A stretch of DNA of 63,677 bases, counting the filler, from Deltaproteobacteria bacterium (GTDB taxonomy: Bacteria; JAEEML01), in NCBI GenBank assembly GCA_016283195.1. It is 5 parts of 5 records of this genome, joined end to end, with 100 filler letters (N's around TTAATTAATTAA, not from the genome) between each part and the next. Parts side by side here need not be neighbours in the genome. Positions count along the whole stretch, not along the records: positions 25,856 to 46,159 come from JAEEML010000152.1; 4 more parts are not named here. One strand, 5' to 3'. Below, one piece after another: positions 37,327 through 46,259 of the stretch (positions are counted from its first letter, which is position 1; each line of letters starts with the position of its first letter). Under the pieces are notes generated by a model. That model had not been told where the DNA came from. It was given only the letters and a program-made list of their open reading frames with translations, and ran no database searches. Position numbers and translations under genes: made by a program.

Positions 37327-40077
37327 TTAATTGTTATCTTTTACACAGCGAACCGAGTACTTACTACTTTTTAAGCCTCTACCAACTCCTGCTGCACTTG
37401 CTTCTGATTGTCCTTGAATATACAAGAACATGGCCTCATTCTCATCATTAGGTTCTTTGGTGGCCGACCAAAAAGAGGCAGTATCTCCAAACTCATAGCA
37501 TGATGAACCAGTATAGCAGAAACCTGCAGGGAGTGCTTCAAAGCCATAGGTATCCTTCCCGTTGTCCCAAGTATTAGCCGTTAAAATCTTATTACTATGG
37601 ATTTTGCCTACATAAGTTAGTAAGTCATCAAACTCATTTTTAGTTGGCAAATGCCAACCGCTTGGACACACTTTTCGAGCATCAAACCATGAGTATAAGC
37701 AGCCGTAGTCCTGCCAAAAATTATTTATTTGGCTATTTCTAATGCACACTACAGAGACACCATTGGCTGTGCTAGTGTTCATATTTTCTGCCATCCATTC
37801 ATTGCCATTAATGAGCACTGTTTTGTAATTATACCCGTAGGCAGTAAGAGTGCCTCTGTCACAATCTTCGCCGCTCCAACCATCATCGCAACTGTCTGCA
37901 AGACAATGACCTGTTTCTGGGTCAGCAGTACCTCTTTGACATTTAGGCTCATCACAGTATTCGCCGGTAAAACCATTTTCATTACAGATGCATTTAAATT
38001 GATCGATATCAAAGTGTTGATTTGATCTGCATTCTGGATTTTTTATGCAACGTACTGAATTAAATAATTTAGAATGCCCCAGATTATGGAACCCAATATT
38101 TTCATCTAAATACATTTTAGTAGGATGACTAGTAGAACCATCTACAGTATTAGACCAGAAGTATGTGGTTGTTCCAAAATCGATGTAGTCTGTCTTTAGT
38201 GTCTCGCCAATATAATAGGTACCATATACTCCTGCTGGAAGAGCCCCAAAGCCATAAGTATCTTGGCCGTCATTCCAGCTACTGGCTCTTAATACTGAGC
38301 TATTAGAACAAGCAACATAATTTAATAAGTCACTAAAATCCTCATATTCAGGCAAATGCCAGCCAATTGGGCATACTTTTTGAGCATCTTCCCATTTGTA
38401 TAAGCAACCATAATGTTCAATAAACTCTGGATCCCCTTGGGGGGCTGGTTTGGTATTAGCATAACAGGTGATACCATCTTCTTGATAGGCTATGTTTTCG
38501 GCCATCCATTCTTGTTCACCGATAATGACAGTTTTATAAGTGTTGCCTGCTTGGTCGGTCATAGAGCCATAGATGTTGTTACAATCTAACCCATAGTAAT
38601 TATCTGTACACTGGTTACAATTTGGGCCAGTAAAATGGTCGTTACATTCACCTATACACTGCCCAGTACCACTGGGACCAAGATGCGGATTGCCATGTAC
38701 ACAGGTAATAGTATTCTTATTACAAATCTCTCCATAGTAATTATCATTGCATGTCAAGCACTTTCCATCTCCTTTGATTCCAAGATAAGGAGTCCCATTT
38801 ACGCAGGAGGGAATATTATTGCAATTTTTTCCCCAATAATTACCAGTGCATGAGTCGCAGTTTTCACCGCTCCAGCCAGTACCGGTTAGGCAAGAAGAAC
38901 ATTTACCGTCGCCGGTAATACCAAGTTTAGGAGTTCCGTTTTGGCAAGTTGGCTCTTGGTTGCAATTTGGGCCCCAGTAGTTACCGGTGCATTGGTCACA
39001 GTTTTCGCCACTCCAACCAGTACCTGCCAGGCAAGAAGAACATTTACCATCACCGGTAATACCAAGTTTAGGTGTTCCATTGACACAACTAATTGTATTT
39101 TTATCGCAGTCAGCGCTATAATAGTTGCCAGTGCATTGGTCACAGTTTTCGCCACTCCAACCAGTACCTGCCAGGCAAGAAGAACATTTACCATCACCGG
39201 TAATACCAAGTTTAGGTGTTCCATTGACACAGCTAATTGTATTTTTATCGCAATCGAGACCATAATAACCCGCTTCACAAGAAGTACAGTGACCATTGCC
39301 GTTAATGCCTTCACTGGGCTCACCATGCTTACAGGTTATAGCGTTGCAGTTACTCCCAAAATGCCCGGGTAGGCATTCATCGCAATTAACGCCGGTAAAG
39401 CCCTCTGGGCAGGAGTAGCAAGAGCCATCATTTTGGATGCCATCATTACATTGTAAGCTGCCACATTCACATTTTTTGCACTCCGGCCCATAGTAACCAG
39501 CGGCGCATTGGTCGCAGTTAGTTCCGGTAAAACCGCTTTGGCAACTGGAGCAAGAACCATTGCCGTTTAAGCCGGAGTTGCAGGAGCCGTTTTTGCAATT
39601 GCAAGGCTCACAGGTTGCGCCAAAGTGGCGGCTATCGCACTCGTTGCACTCCTGGCCTGTCCAGCCCTCTTTGCAAGCAGTACAGCTGGTTCCGGCATGA
39701 TTGCCGGTACATTCGCAAGACCCTAAGCCATCGCATTGCTGAAATTCGCCGGAACAGGAACCAATTTTTTCTCCTTTAGGGAAGGGCTCACAAATGCGGG
39801 TCTGGCTGGAACAATATTGGCAAGAATCGGCGCAATCGGCATTAGAACTACATTTATTAGTGCAGATGCCTTTGGCAGAGCAGGCTTGATTTTCTTGGCA
39901 GTCGCTATCGCCGGAGCAGGTCTGTACCTTGGGCTGTTCCGGCGGCTCTTCGGCTGGTGTTTGGGCTTTGCTGTCTGAGCCGGGCTCCGAATTAGGGGCG
40001 GCAGTGCCACAGGCAGAAAAGCTTAAAGCAATTAAAGATAGTGAGCAGATAAGTTGGTAATTATGCTTGGTCAACAT
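37327..40077 (-). CDS. Surface lipoprotein: EGF-like repeat stalk + two FISUMP domains
   Basis: Lipobox FSAC; EGF-like repeats; two YKTV-x-I-x3-EWMAEN...YGCLY-x-W...CP-x-GWHLP...YGF-x-ALPAG...SVRC domains. Confidence 0.88.
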   Translation of the reverse strand: MLTKHNYQLICSLSLIALSFSACGTAAPNSEPGSDSKAQTPAEEPPEQPKVQTCSGDSDCQENQACSAKGICTNKCSSNADCADSCQYCSSQTRICEPFPKGEKIGSCSGEFQQCDGLGSCECTGNHAGTSCTACKEGWTGQECNECDSRHFGATCEPCNCKNGSCNSGLNGNGSCSSCQSGFTGTNCDQCAAGYYGPECKKCECGSLQCNDGIQNDGSCYSCPEGFTGVNCDECLPGHFGSNCNAITCKHGEPSEGINGNGHCTSCEAGYYGLDCDKNTISCVNGTPKLGITGDGKCSSCLAGTGWSGENCDQCTGNYYSADCDKNTISCVNGTPKLGITGDGKCSSCLAGTGWSGENCDQCTGNYWGPNCNQEPTCQNGTPKLGITGDGKCSSCLTGTGWSGENCDSCTGNYWGKNCNNIPSCVNGTPYLGIKGDGKCLTCNDNYYGEICNKNTITCVHGNPHLGPSGTGQCIGECNDHFTGPNCNQCTDNYYGLDCNNIYGSMTDQAGNTYKTVIIGEQEWMAENIAYQEDGITCYANTKPAPQGDPEFIEHYGCLYKWEDAQKVCPIGWHLPEYEDFSDLLNYVACSNSSVLRASSWNDGQDTYGFGALPAGVYGTYYIGETLKTDYIDFGTTTYFWSNTVDGSTSHPTKMYLDENIGFHNLGHSKLFNSVRCIKNPECRSNQHFDIDQFKCICNENGFTGEYCDEPKCQRGTADPETGHCLADSCDDGWSGEDCDRGTLTAYGYNYKTVLINGNEWMAENMNTSTANGVSVVCIRNSQINNFWQDYGCLYSWFDARKVCPSGWHLPTKNEFDDLLTYVGKIHSNKILTANTWDNGKDTYGFEALPAGFCYTGSSCYEFGDTASFWSATKEPNDENEAMFLYIQGQSEASAAGVGRGLKSSKYSVRCVKDNN
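38830..39255. repeat. Intragenic tandem repeat, about 3 x 141-144 bp near-identical EGF units
   Basis: NGTPKLGITGDGKCSSCL(A/T)GTGWSGENCD occurs three times, nearly identical at DNA level. Confidence 0.85.
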
Positions 40078-40264
40078 GGTCCCTCCTCCTTGCTAACTCC
40101 CGGCAATTTCAGCCAAAAAATTTCGCTCCCCTTGCAAGGGGAGTCTTATTGTTAACACAATAAGACTAATATAATTGAGTCAGCGGCAGATGGATCCAAA
40201 ATTGGCGCGATCGCCGCCTACGGCGGCGATAAGTACAAACACCTAGCCACAGAGCCCGCGGGGT

Positions 40265-40603
40265 GCCGGGGCACCGCTCCGGCTAAGCCAGAGGCAGGCT
40301 AGCCATATCCGGTCTCAAGTGGGGCCTCTGGCTTTTAAGGCAAACCAGAAGAGAATGATTTTGTAACATAGCATAAATAAAGCCATTTTTTATTGAATGC
40401 TCGGGGGTCCGGGGTGTCCCCGGCCGGGCGGCGGAAAGGAAGGGGGCGGGAAGGAAAACCAGAGCGCTTCGAAAGTAGCGGGGTTTTCCTGCCCGCAAGA
40501 AAAGAAAGAATAAAATCATGCAAAAGAGTCGTAAGAAACGGGCAAAACAGCTAAGAAAAGGAAGGCCAACGCCGGTAGCGTAGTTCCTCCCCGAAAAAGA
40601 AAA
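40265..40603 (-). repeat. Structured dispersed non-coding repeat, copy B (inverted relative to copy A)
   Basis: Reverse complement aligns collinearly with 36302-36632. Confidence 0.85.
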
Positions 40604-40742
40604 GAAAGAAGAAAATCCAGAAAAAGATTCGCCAGAAACGGGCCTGCGGCGCCCTCACCCCACCAAGTTTCCTCTTGCCAACCTTTCACTAAGTCTGCTA
40701 GAAGCCATTCCATAACTTACAAAAAGCCACCAGGAGATTATC

Positions 40743-41672
40743 ATGGCTAATGCAGAAGAGTATTCACCAGAAGACATTACCCACCTTACGCCTGAGCAGC
40801 GTGCATCTATCGAAGTCACTAATGACTACGTCTTCCGCTGCCTCTTTGGCGACACCAAAAATGAGAAGCTTTTACTCTCGCTGATAAATGCCGTTTTGCG
40901 TGACAGCAAGCAGCCGGAAGTTAGCTCGGTAACCATCACAAGCCCTTTTAATTATAAGCAAACTTTTGATGATAAAGAATCTATTACCGATGTAAAAGCC
41001 GTGGCCAAAAGCGGCGAAATTTTCGATATTGAGATGCAGGTTTTAAAAGAGAGCGATTACATGAAGCGCATTCTTTACTATGCTGCCCACAATATCAGCT
41101 CACAGCTCCCGGAAGGTGGGCACTACTCCGCCATTCATCCGGTTATTTGCATAAATGTATTGGCTTTTGAGCTTTTTAAAGAAGACAAGCGCCCGCACCA
41201 CTTTGCCGAGATTATGGAGGTAGAAAGTCAAAAAGTTTTGACCGATGACCTGGGTTTTCATTTTCTGGAGCTCACAAAGCTTAGAAATTGTGCTAATATT
41301 GACGGCGAGCTACGCGAGTGGCTCAATTTCTTCCGCCATGGACACGAGGAGGGTTACATGGTTAGCGGAGCTTATCAGGCGGTGGCCGATGCCAATAGCT
41401 GGTTTGAGAATTTCAAAGCCAATGACTATATGACCAGTAAAGCCTTCCAGAGAGCCAAGCACCTGCGCGATGAAGAGGCTATTCGCAAAGCCGGCTGGGA
41501 AGATGGACATGAAGATGGCTGGGAAGAAGGTTTGAAAGAAGGTGAAGCCAACGGCATTAAAATAGCTAAGCTAGAGGCAGCTCAAAAAATGAAGGACGAT
41601 GGCTTACCGGTGGATGTGATAAGCAAATATACCGGCCTTTCTGCAAGCGACATTGCGGCACTCAGGTGCTAG
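40743..41672 (+). CDS. Rpn family recombination-promoting nuclease / putative transposase (PD-(D/E)XK)
   Basis: NDYVFRCLFG, DKESITDVKA, FDIEMQ, RILYY, FHFLEL-x-K, and C-terminal EG-x2-EG repeats plus ISKYTGLS HTH. Confidence 0.9.
   Translation: MANAEEYSPEDITHLTPEQRASIEVTNDYVFRCLFGDTKNEKLLLSLINAVLRDSKQPEVSSVTITSPFNYKQTFDDKESITDVKAVAKSGEIFDIEMQVLKESDYMKRILYYAAHNISSQLPEGGHYSAIHPVICINVLAFELFKEDKRPHHFAEIMEVESQKVLTDDLGFHFLELTKLRNCANIDGELREWLNFFRHGHEEGYMVSGAYQAVADANSWFENFKANDYMTSKAFQRAKHLRDEEAIRKAGWEDGHEDGWEEGLKEGEANGIKIAKLEAAQKMKDDGLPVDVISKYTGLSASDIAALRC
41358..41672 (+). CDS. Predicted intragenic small protein (RpnS-like, 104 aa) from an internal start
   Basis: GAGGAGG (41346-41352) lies 5 nt before an in-frame ATG (Met206), at the start of the C-terminal domain. 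Confidence 0.55.
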   Translation: MVSGAYQAVADANSWFENFKANDYMTSKAFQRAKHLRDEEAIRKAGWEDGHEDGWEEGLKEGEANGIKIAKLEAAQKMKDDGLPVDVISKYTGLSASDIAALRC

Positions 41673-42116
41673 TATTACTAACTACCTGACGCTATCTCCA
41701 ATTTTACAAATGACGATGGAAAATATTGTGTAATTTCATGCCGTTGTGCTACTGAGCCCGGGGGTGCCGGAGCTGCCGCCCCGGCTTGGACTCGGTGGTT
41801 ATTTACGAAAAGCATGTAAATTCAGATAGATGTGCCCTATCTATTTGTAAAAATGGAGAGGGCGCGCTGCTATAATTTCCATTTCTCGTGGGGTGAGGGC
41901 GCCGCAGGCTGAGGGACTATTTTTACAAAAATTCAATAACTTAGGAGATGAGGTTCTAGAAGCGCTCCAGACTTATTGAACCAAAAATTTTTGGTGGCTA
42001 ACCCGCGAAAACAGGAATATAATGCAACCAGGTTAGAAGCATCTAACGATTGTAAAGGTGCTTAATAAGGTTGTCTATGAATATGAAAACAGGATGCTCC
42101 ACAAGAGGCAGGAAAC

Positions 42117-42272
42117 ATGAGAATTTTGGTTATCGGCGCCGGGGTAATCGGCTCTAATCTGGCAGCTGACCTCTTCGCTTCCGGGAGGGAGTTTAAGGCC
42201 AACTATCCTATTTACCTAAAGCTGGAAAAGGATGCGGCTAAATATATAAAAACGGAGCCGCAGGGTAACTAA
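42117..42272 (+). pseudogene. Internally deleted ketopantoate reductase-like (Rossmann) remnant, 51 aa
   Basis: MRILVIGAGVIGSNLAADLF N-terminal GxGxxG runs straight into a C-terminal-like helix; abuts the next gene (TAAATG). Confidence 0.6.
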
Positions 42273-43091
42273 ATGAGCGAACTCAAGAAAGATAGCGTGG
42301 AAAGGACACTCTGCATCCCTCTTTGGAGCCGGGCAATAGCGGTTAAAAAGCTCCCAGAACTCTTGCCGGATCACGACGCCGTAAGGATTCTCAAAGAAAT
42401 GGGAGAAACGAAGCCGCCGACTATCCTTTATAACCTGGAATGCGCTGCGCTTGCCGGCGCCATTCGCCAGTATGACTTTGCTTGCGAGATTAGGGAATAC
42501 CTCAAGGAGCATCCTCAGGCGGTCATCGTTGAACTCGGCGCCGGCCTCTCTTGCCTTAGAAGGCAGATCGGGAATGAGAGCAATCCGTGGTTCAACATAG
42601 ATTTTCCCGATGTGATCGCCTGCCGCAAGAAATATATCCCAACCGGAATGCTGGAAAAGAATATCGCCGGTGACATTACTGATCACAAATGGTTTGCTGA
42701 GATCCCGTTTAAAAAGGATAACGGTGTGATCTTCCTAGCCGCAGGTGTCCTGCACTACCTGACATACGATGCGGTAACAGAACTGATCTCCGATATGGCT
42801 GAAGGCTTTCCCGGCGGACTCTTTGTATTCGACTTTATCAGTAAGAAAGGTATGAGCGGCGTAAACGCGCAGATAAGGATGACAAAAAACGCTACGACCA
42901 TGGTATTCAGCATGGAAGAGGCAGAAAAGGAACTGGCGGCTATGAGCAGCAAGGTAGCAAAAGTTATTACCAAAAGCTATCTGGAAGGCTATTCGGTCGC
43001 AGGGGTGAGATACAGCTGGCTCACGAAGCAGTATATTAAGGCCAAACGAAACAAGTTTTTTGTTGCCCACGTCGAGTTCGCTAAGGAGTAA
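42273..43091 (+). CDS. Class I SAM-dependent O-methyltransferase (LCM/TcmP-like)
   Basis: TLCIPLWSRA, IVELGAGL, NIDFPDVI and GVLHYL. Confidence 0.85.
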   Translation: MSELKKDSVERTLCIPLWSRAIAVKKLPELLPDHDAVRILKEMGETKPPTILYNLECAALAGAIRQYDFACEIREYLKEHPQAVIVELGAGLSCLRRQIGNESNPWFNIDFPDVIACRKKYIPTGMLEKNIAGDITDHKWFAEIPFKKDNGVIFLAAGVLHYLTYDAVTELISDMAEGFPGGLFVFDFISKKGMSGVNAQIRMTKNATTMVFSMEEAEKELAAMSSKVAKVITKSYLEGYSVAGVRYSWLTKQYIKAKRNKFFVAHVEFAKE

Positions 43092-43097
43092 TCCGTA

Positions 43098-43928
43098 ATG
43101 ATGAAATACGAGCCCAAGCAGATGAGTAAATTTGCCGGTGTTGCAGATACCTTATATATCCCCCTGACAGCCCGGATCTATGTGTCCGAGCATTTTCCAG
43201 AGTACTTCATGGATGAGAAGGCTGTGTCGCTGAAAAGCGAAATGCCCTATGAGGAGATCGCAGCAAAGTCCAGCGAGTACTTCCAGATGGCCGGTGCCTG
43301 CCGCTTCTACAATACAGATCAGATGGTAAAAGCCTTTATCGATCGACATGAGCAATGCAATATCATCAATATTGGCTGCGGCCTGGAAACTTCATATTTC
43401 AGAGTTAACCCGCATCCTGAAAAAGCACTCTTCTATGAAATGGATCTGCCGGAAGTGATTGAAGTAAGGCGTGAGATTCTGGGAGAAAGAGCGAACGAAA
43501 TCCTGATCCCCGGAGACATGTTTGACTTTGCCTGGGCGGAGAACATTGATAAAAGCCGGCCCGCACTGGTCACGGTGGTCGGCGTCTTCCAGTATTTTGA
43601 GGAAGAAAAGGTTATCGGCTTCTTGAAGCAGCTGCAAGAATCCTTCCCCGGAGTAGAAGTAATCTTTGATGCTATGACAGCCAAGGCCATCAAGTATGCT
43701 AATAATTACATCAAAAAGACCGGCAATAATGACGCGGAGCTGCATTTCAGTGCTGACAACGGCCAGAGCGTGGCAGAAAAATGCGGCATGAAGCTTCTGG
43801 AGGAACGGCCTTTCTTTGGAGCTGCCAGAAAACAATTGAAGCGTAAGCTAAAGCTCTACACCCGCATTGCCATGAAGGTTGTGGACGAAGGGGCGAGACG
43901 CGCCTTTCTAATACACCTCTGTGGCTGA
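43098..43928 (+). CDS. Class I SAM-dependent O-methyltransferase (LCM/TcmP-like), paralog
   Basis: TLYIPLTAR, IINIGCGLET, EMDLPEVI and GVFQYF. Confidence 0.85.
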   Translation: MMKYEPKQMSKFAGVADTLYIPLTARIYVSEHFPEYFMDEKAVSLKSEMPYEEIAAKSSEYFQMAGACRFYNTDQMVKAFIDRHEQCNIINIGCGLETSYFRVNPHPEKALFYEMDLPEVIEVRREILGERANEILIPGDMFDFAWAENIDKSRPALVTVVGVFQYFEEEKVIGFLKQLQESFPGVEVIFDAMTAKAIKYANNYIKKTGNNDAELHFSADNGQSVAEKCGMKLLEERPFFGAARKQLKRKLKLYTRIAMKVVDEGARRAFLIHLCG

Positions 43929-44091
43929 CGTACATATTGAGTGCAAGATTATGGTTATTAAAGAATTCGGAACAGTACATAATGGCATCTTGTCTTCCTG
44001 GGCTTATGCGTTGTTTAAAGGATTATTCGCTAAGGTTTACATACTGAATTGACAGTTGTTTTAGGTGTTCTAAAGAAGAGGTGAAAATCTT

Positions 44092-45045
44092 ATGTCTATT
44101 AAATATGAAATTCTGAAGTGGCTGCTAAAAACCGCGAACATCAAAAAGAAGTGGAGCGGTATGAGCACGGAAGATCTGCTGGAAAACCGGAGAAAGCAAA
44201 ATGCCAAGAACCGGATCCCGGATCTTAAAGATAAAGCCTTTGATATCAGCCGTAGCGAAATTATGGGCTTTCCCGTTCTGAAGCTGATGCACAAGAAAAA
44301 GGCCGATAAGGCCAACCTCTTTCTGATCGGCGGAGGGATGATATCGGCTCCAAGACCCGCTTCCATCAAAAAAGCGCTCAGGTTTGCCAAGGAAACAGGC
44401 CTGGATCTCTTCGTCCCCTATTACCCTCTCTGCACGGATTATCCTCTGACTAAAGCCTATGAAATGATCCACGAGACCTATCGGGTTATGCTGCGGGAGT
44501 ATAAGGCGGAGAATATCTCGGTGCTCGGCACATCTTCCGGCGGAAACCTGGCGCTCGGCATGGTTCCGTATATCAACGGCGGCCATAAAGATACGCCGAT
44601 GCCCGGCTATATCATGGCAATTTCTTCGGGCACCTGTGCGGATACGGAGGAGGAATGGCAGCGCATGGTGGAACTCGATAAAAAGGATGTGGCCATCCCG
44701 GCGCAGTATATGAAAACAGCTGTAGAAATCATGCGCCATGGGGACGACAGTGTGCCTGAGTATATGATTTGGCTGCAAAAGGGCAATTTTACAAACTGTC
44801 CGAAAACCACCTTCATCTACGGCAGTGATGAGACGCTCTTTGCCTGCGCCCCTTCCTTTGAGGCGGCTATGAAGAAATATGGAGTAGATTGCGAGCTATT
44901 CGTCGGTGAGGGCATGTTTCACTGCTATCCTGTCTTTCCAATCTGCCAAGAAGCAAAAGAGGGCTGGGACATGATGGTGCGGCTCATGAAAGAGAACATG
45001 GGTTCTCAGCCTATGGGGCTTTCAGCGCCCATTGCGCCGGCCTAA
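44092..45045 (+). CDS. Alpha/beta hydrolase (HSL/GDXG-like esterase)
   Basis: IGGGM oxyanion loop, GTSSGGNLAL nucleophile elbow, GMFHCYP His. Confidence 0.85.
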   Translation: MSIKYEILKWLLKTANIKKKWSGMSTEDLLENRRKQNAKNRIPDLKDKAFDISRSEIMGFPVLKLMHKKKADKANLFLIGGGMISAPRPASIKKALRFAKETGLDLFVPYYPLCTDYPLTKAYEMIHETYRVMLREYKAENISVLGTSSGGNLALGMVPYINGGHKDTPMPGYIMAISSGTCADTEEEWQRMVELDKKDVAIPAQYMKTAVEIMRHGDDSVPEYMIWLQKGNFTNCPKTTFIYGSDETLFACAPSFEAAMKKYGVDCELFVGEGMFHCYPVFPICQEAKEGWDMMVRLMKENMGSQPMGLSAPIAPA

Positions 45046-45091
45046 TCGTAGCCGGGAGCGCAACCCTGCTGGGCTAGAAGGGGGTAAAGGT

Positions 45092-45934
45092 ATGATGGCC
45101 CGCCATATGACGATTGCCGAGCTGCCTTATGGGAAGCCGGTTCAGAAGTGGTTGAAAGGTCGCTACGGCGCAACTATGGCCAAGAAGATCTGGGAGCAGA
45201 CAGAGGAGAATTATGGGAACTATCTCCCGGATCTTCCGGACTACGGCGGAAGCCAAAACGGCCACGCTAGGGCCATCTACGGCGGCCTTTTGATCTTCGC
45301 TCTCTATCCAGCGCTACCGGATAAGCCGCCGATATCCGAGTTGCAGGATTTTGTAGAGACTCTCTTTATGGGGCCTTTTACCAAGCTTGGAAAGATCATT
45401 AATCTGAACCGGCCGTTCTGTATGTGGCTGATAGATAAGATATTTCGCAGATCTGGAAATAGAGACCGCCGGGATATTCTCCGCTATCCGGCGGGCTTTA
45501 TCAATGTCGATACCCCGTATGATAAAGAGCATCAGGCGGCAAGATATAGCTTCACGCAGTGTCCCAACGCGGAGTTTGCTAAAAAGCACAATCTTCTTCA
45601 TGTGCTGCCGCTTCTCTGCAATAGTGATTTTTTTGGTATCGGCGAAATACATGGGCAATTAATCCGCTGCGGCACCTGCGGAAACAGTGCTGCCTGTGAC
45701 TATCTGGTTGTGGGCAGCAATAATCAGCTTGCCAAAGAATATGAAACAGTAACTGATGAAAAGGGCTATCTGGTTAGCCGGAAGAGACAGCCGGAGAAGG
45801 GCGATTTTTATAAAAATCCAGTAAGTTATGGGAAAAGGTTCGAAAAGAGGGCACCCGGTATATTGAGCCAAAAATTTGGGCGAACCACCAGCGAAAACTG
45901 GAAAAGCGTGAAAAAACTGGCCAAGTATCTGTAA
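45092..45934 (+). CDS. ATC hydrolase-family protein
   Basis: FTQCPNAEFAK...LLCNSDF...LIR-x-GTCG-x4-CDY; start reassigned to MMARHM after a purine-rich RBS. Confidence 0.7.
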   Translation: MMARHMTIAELPYGKPVQKWLKGRYGATMAKKIWEQTEENYGNYLPDLPDYGGSQNGHARAIYGGLLIFALYPALPDKPPISELQDFVETLFMGPFTKLGKIINLNRPFCMWLIDKIFRRSGNRDRRDILRYPAGFINVDTPYDKEHQAARYSFTQCPNAEFAKKHNLLHVLPLLCNSDFFGIGEIHGQLIRCGTCGNSAACDYLVVGSNNQLAKEYETVTDEKGYLVSRKRQPEKGDFYKNPVSYGKRFEKRAPGILSQKFGRTTSENWKSVKKLAKYL

Positions 45935-46159
45935 ACAACCGGCTAAGCAGCATGAAATATATTAAAATTTATTGAATGCCTATTTTGTTGCATACTCAAT
46001 CATTGAAAAATACATTTACTCGAAAATATGTCAAGATGATTTTAAGTTGCAGAATCTTTGTTGTTAACGATAGTTATAAATATAATATATAAATAAAGAA
46101 CCGTATCAAGTTATGCTCGATGAATTGGGAATTGGATACAAGGTGTATGCTGATTTTAG

Positions 46160-46259
46160 NNNNNNNNNNNNNNNNNNNNNNNNNNNNNNNNNNNNNNNNN
46201 NNNTTAATTAATTAANNNNNNNNNNNNNNNNNNNNNNNNNNNNNNNNNNNNNNNNNNNN
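46160..46259. other. Assembly gap / artificial contig linker
   Basis: N-run with TTAATTAATTAA. Confidence 0.97.

Larger units (their letters stand above)
40642..41909 (+). mobile_element. Possible IS-like unit: Rpn gene bracketed by perfect 22-bp inverted repeats
   Basis: GCCTGCGGCGCCCTCACCCCAC (40642-40663) and its exact reverse complement (41888-41909). No target-site duplication is visible. Confidence 0.4.

Noticed and set aside
31546-40077. Diversity-generating retroelement targeting the FISUMP (C-type-lectin-like) tips
   Set aside because: No reverse transcriptase in the window, and I found no template repeat differing from a tip only at adenines. One elsewhere in the genome cannot be excluded.
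36357-40713. Short ORFs 36357-36581, 40283-40519, 40335-40523 and 40516-40713
   Set aside because: They overlie the non-coding repeat, and frames are not preserved between the two copies.
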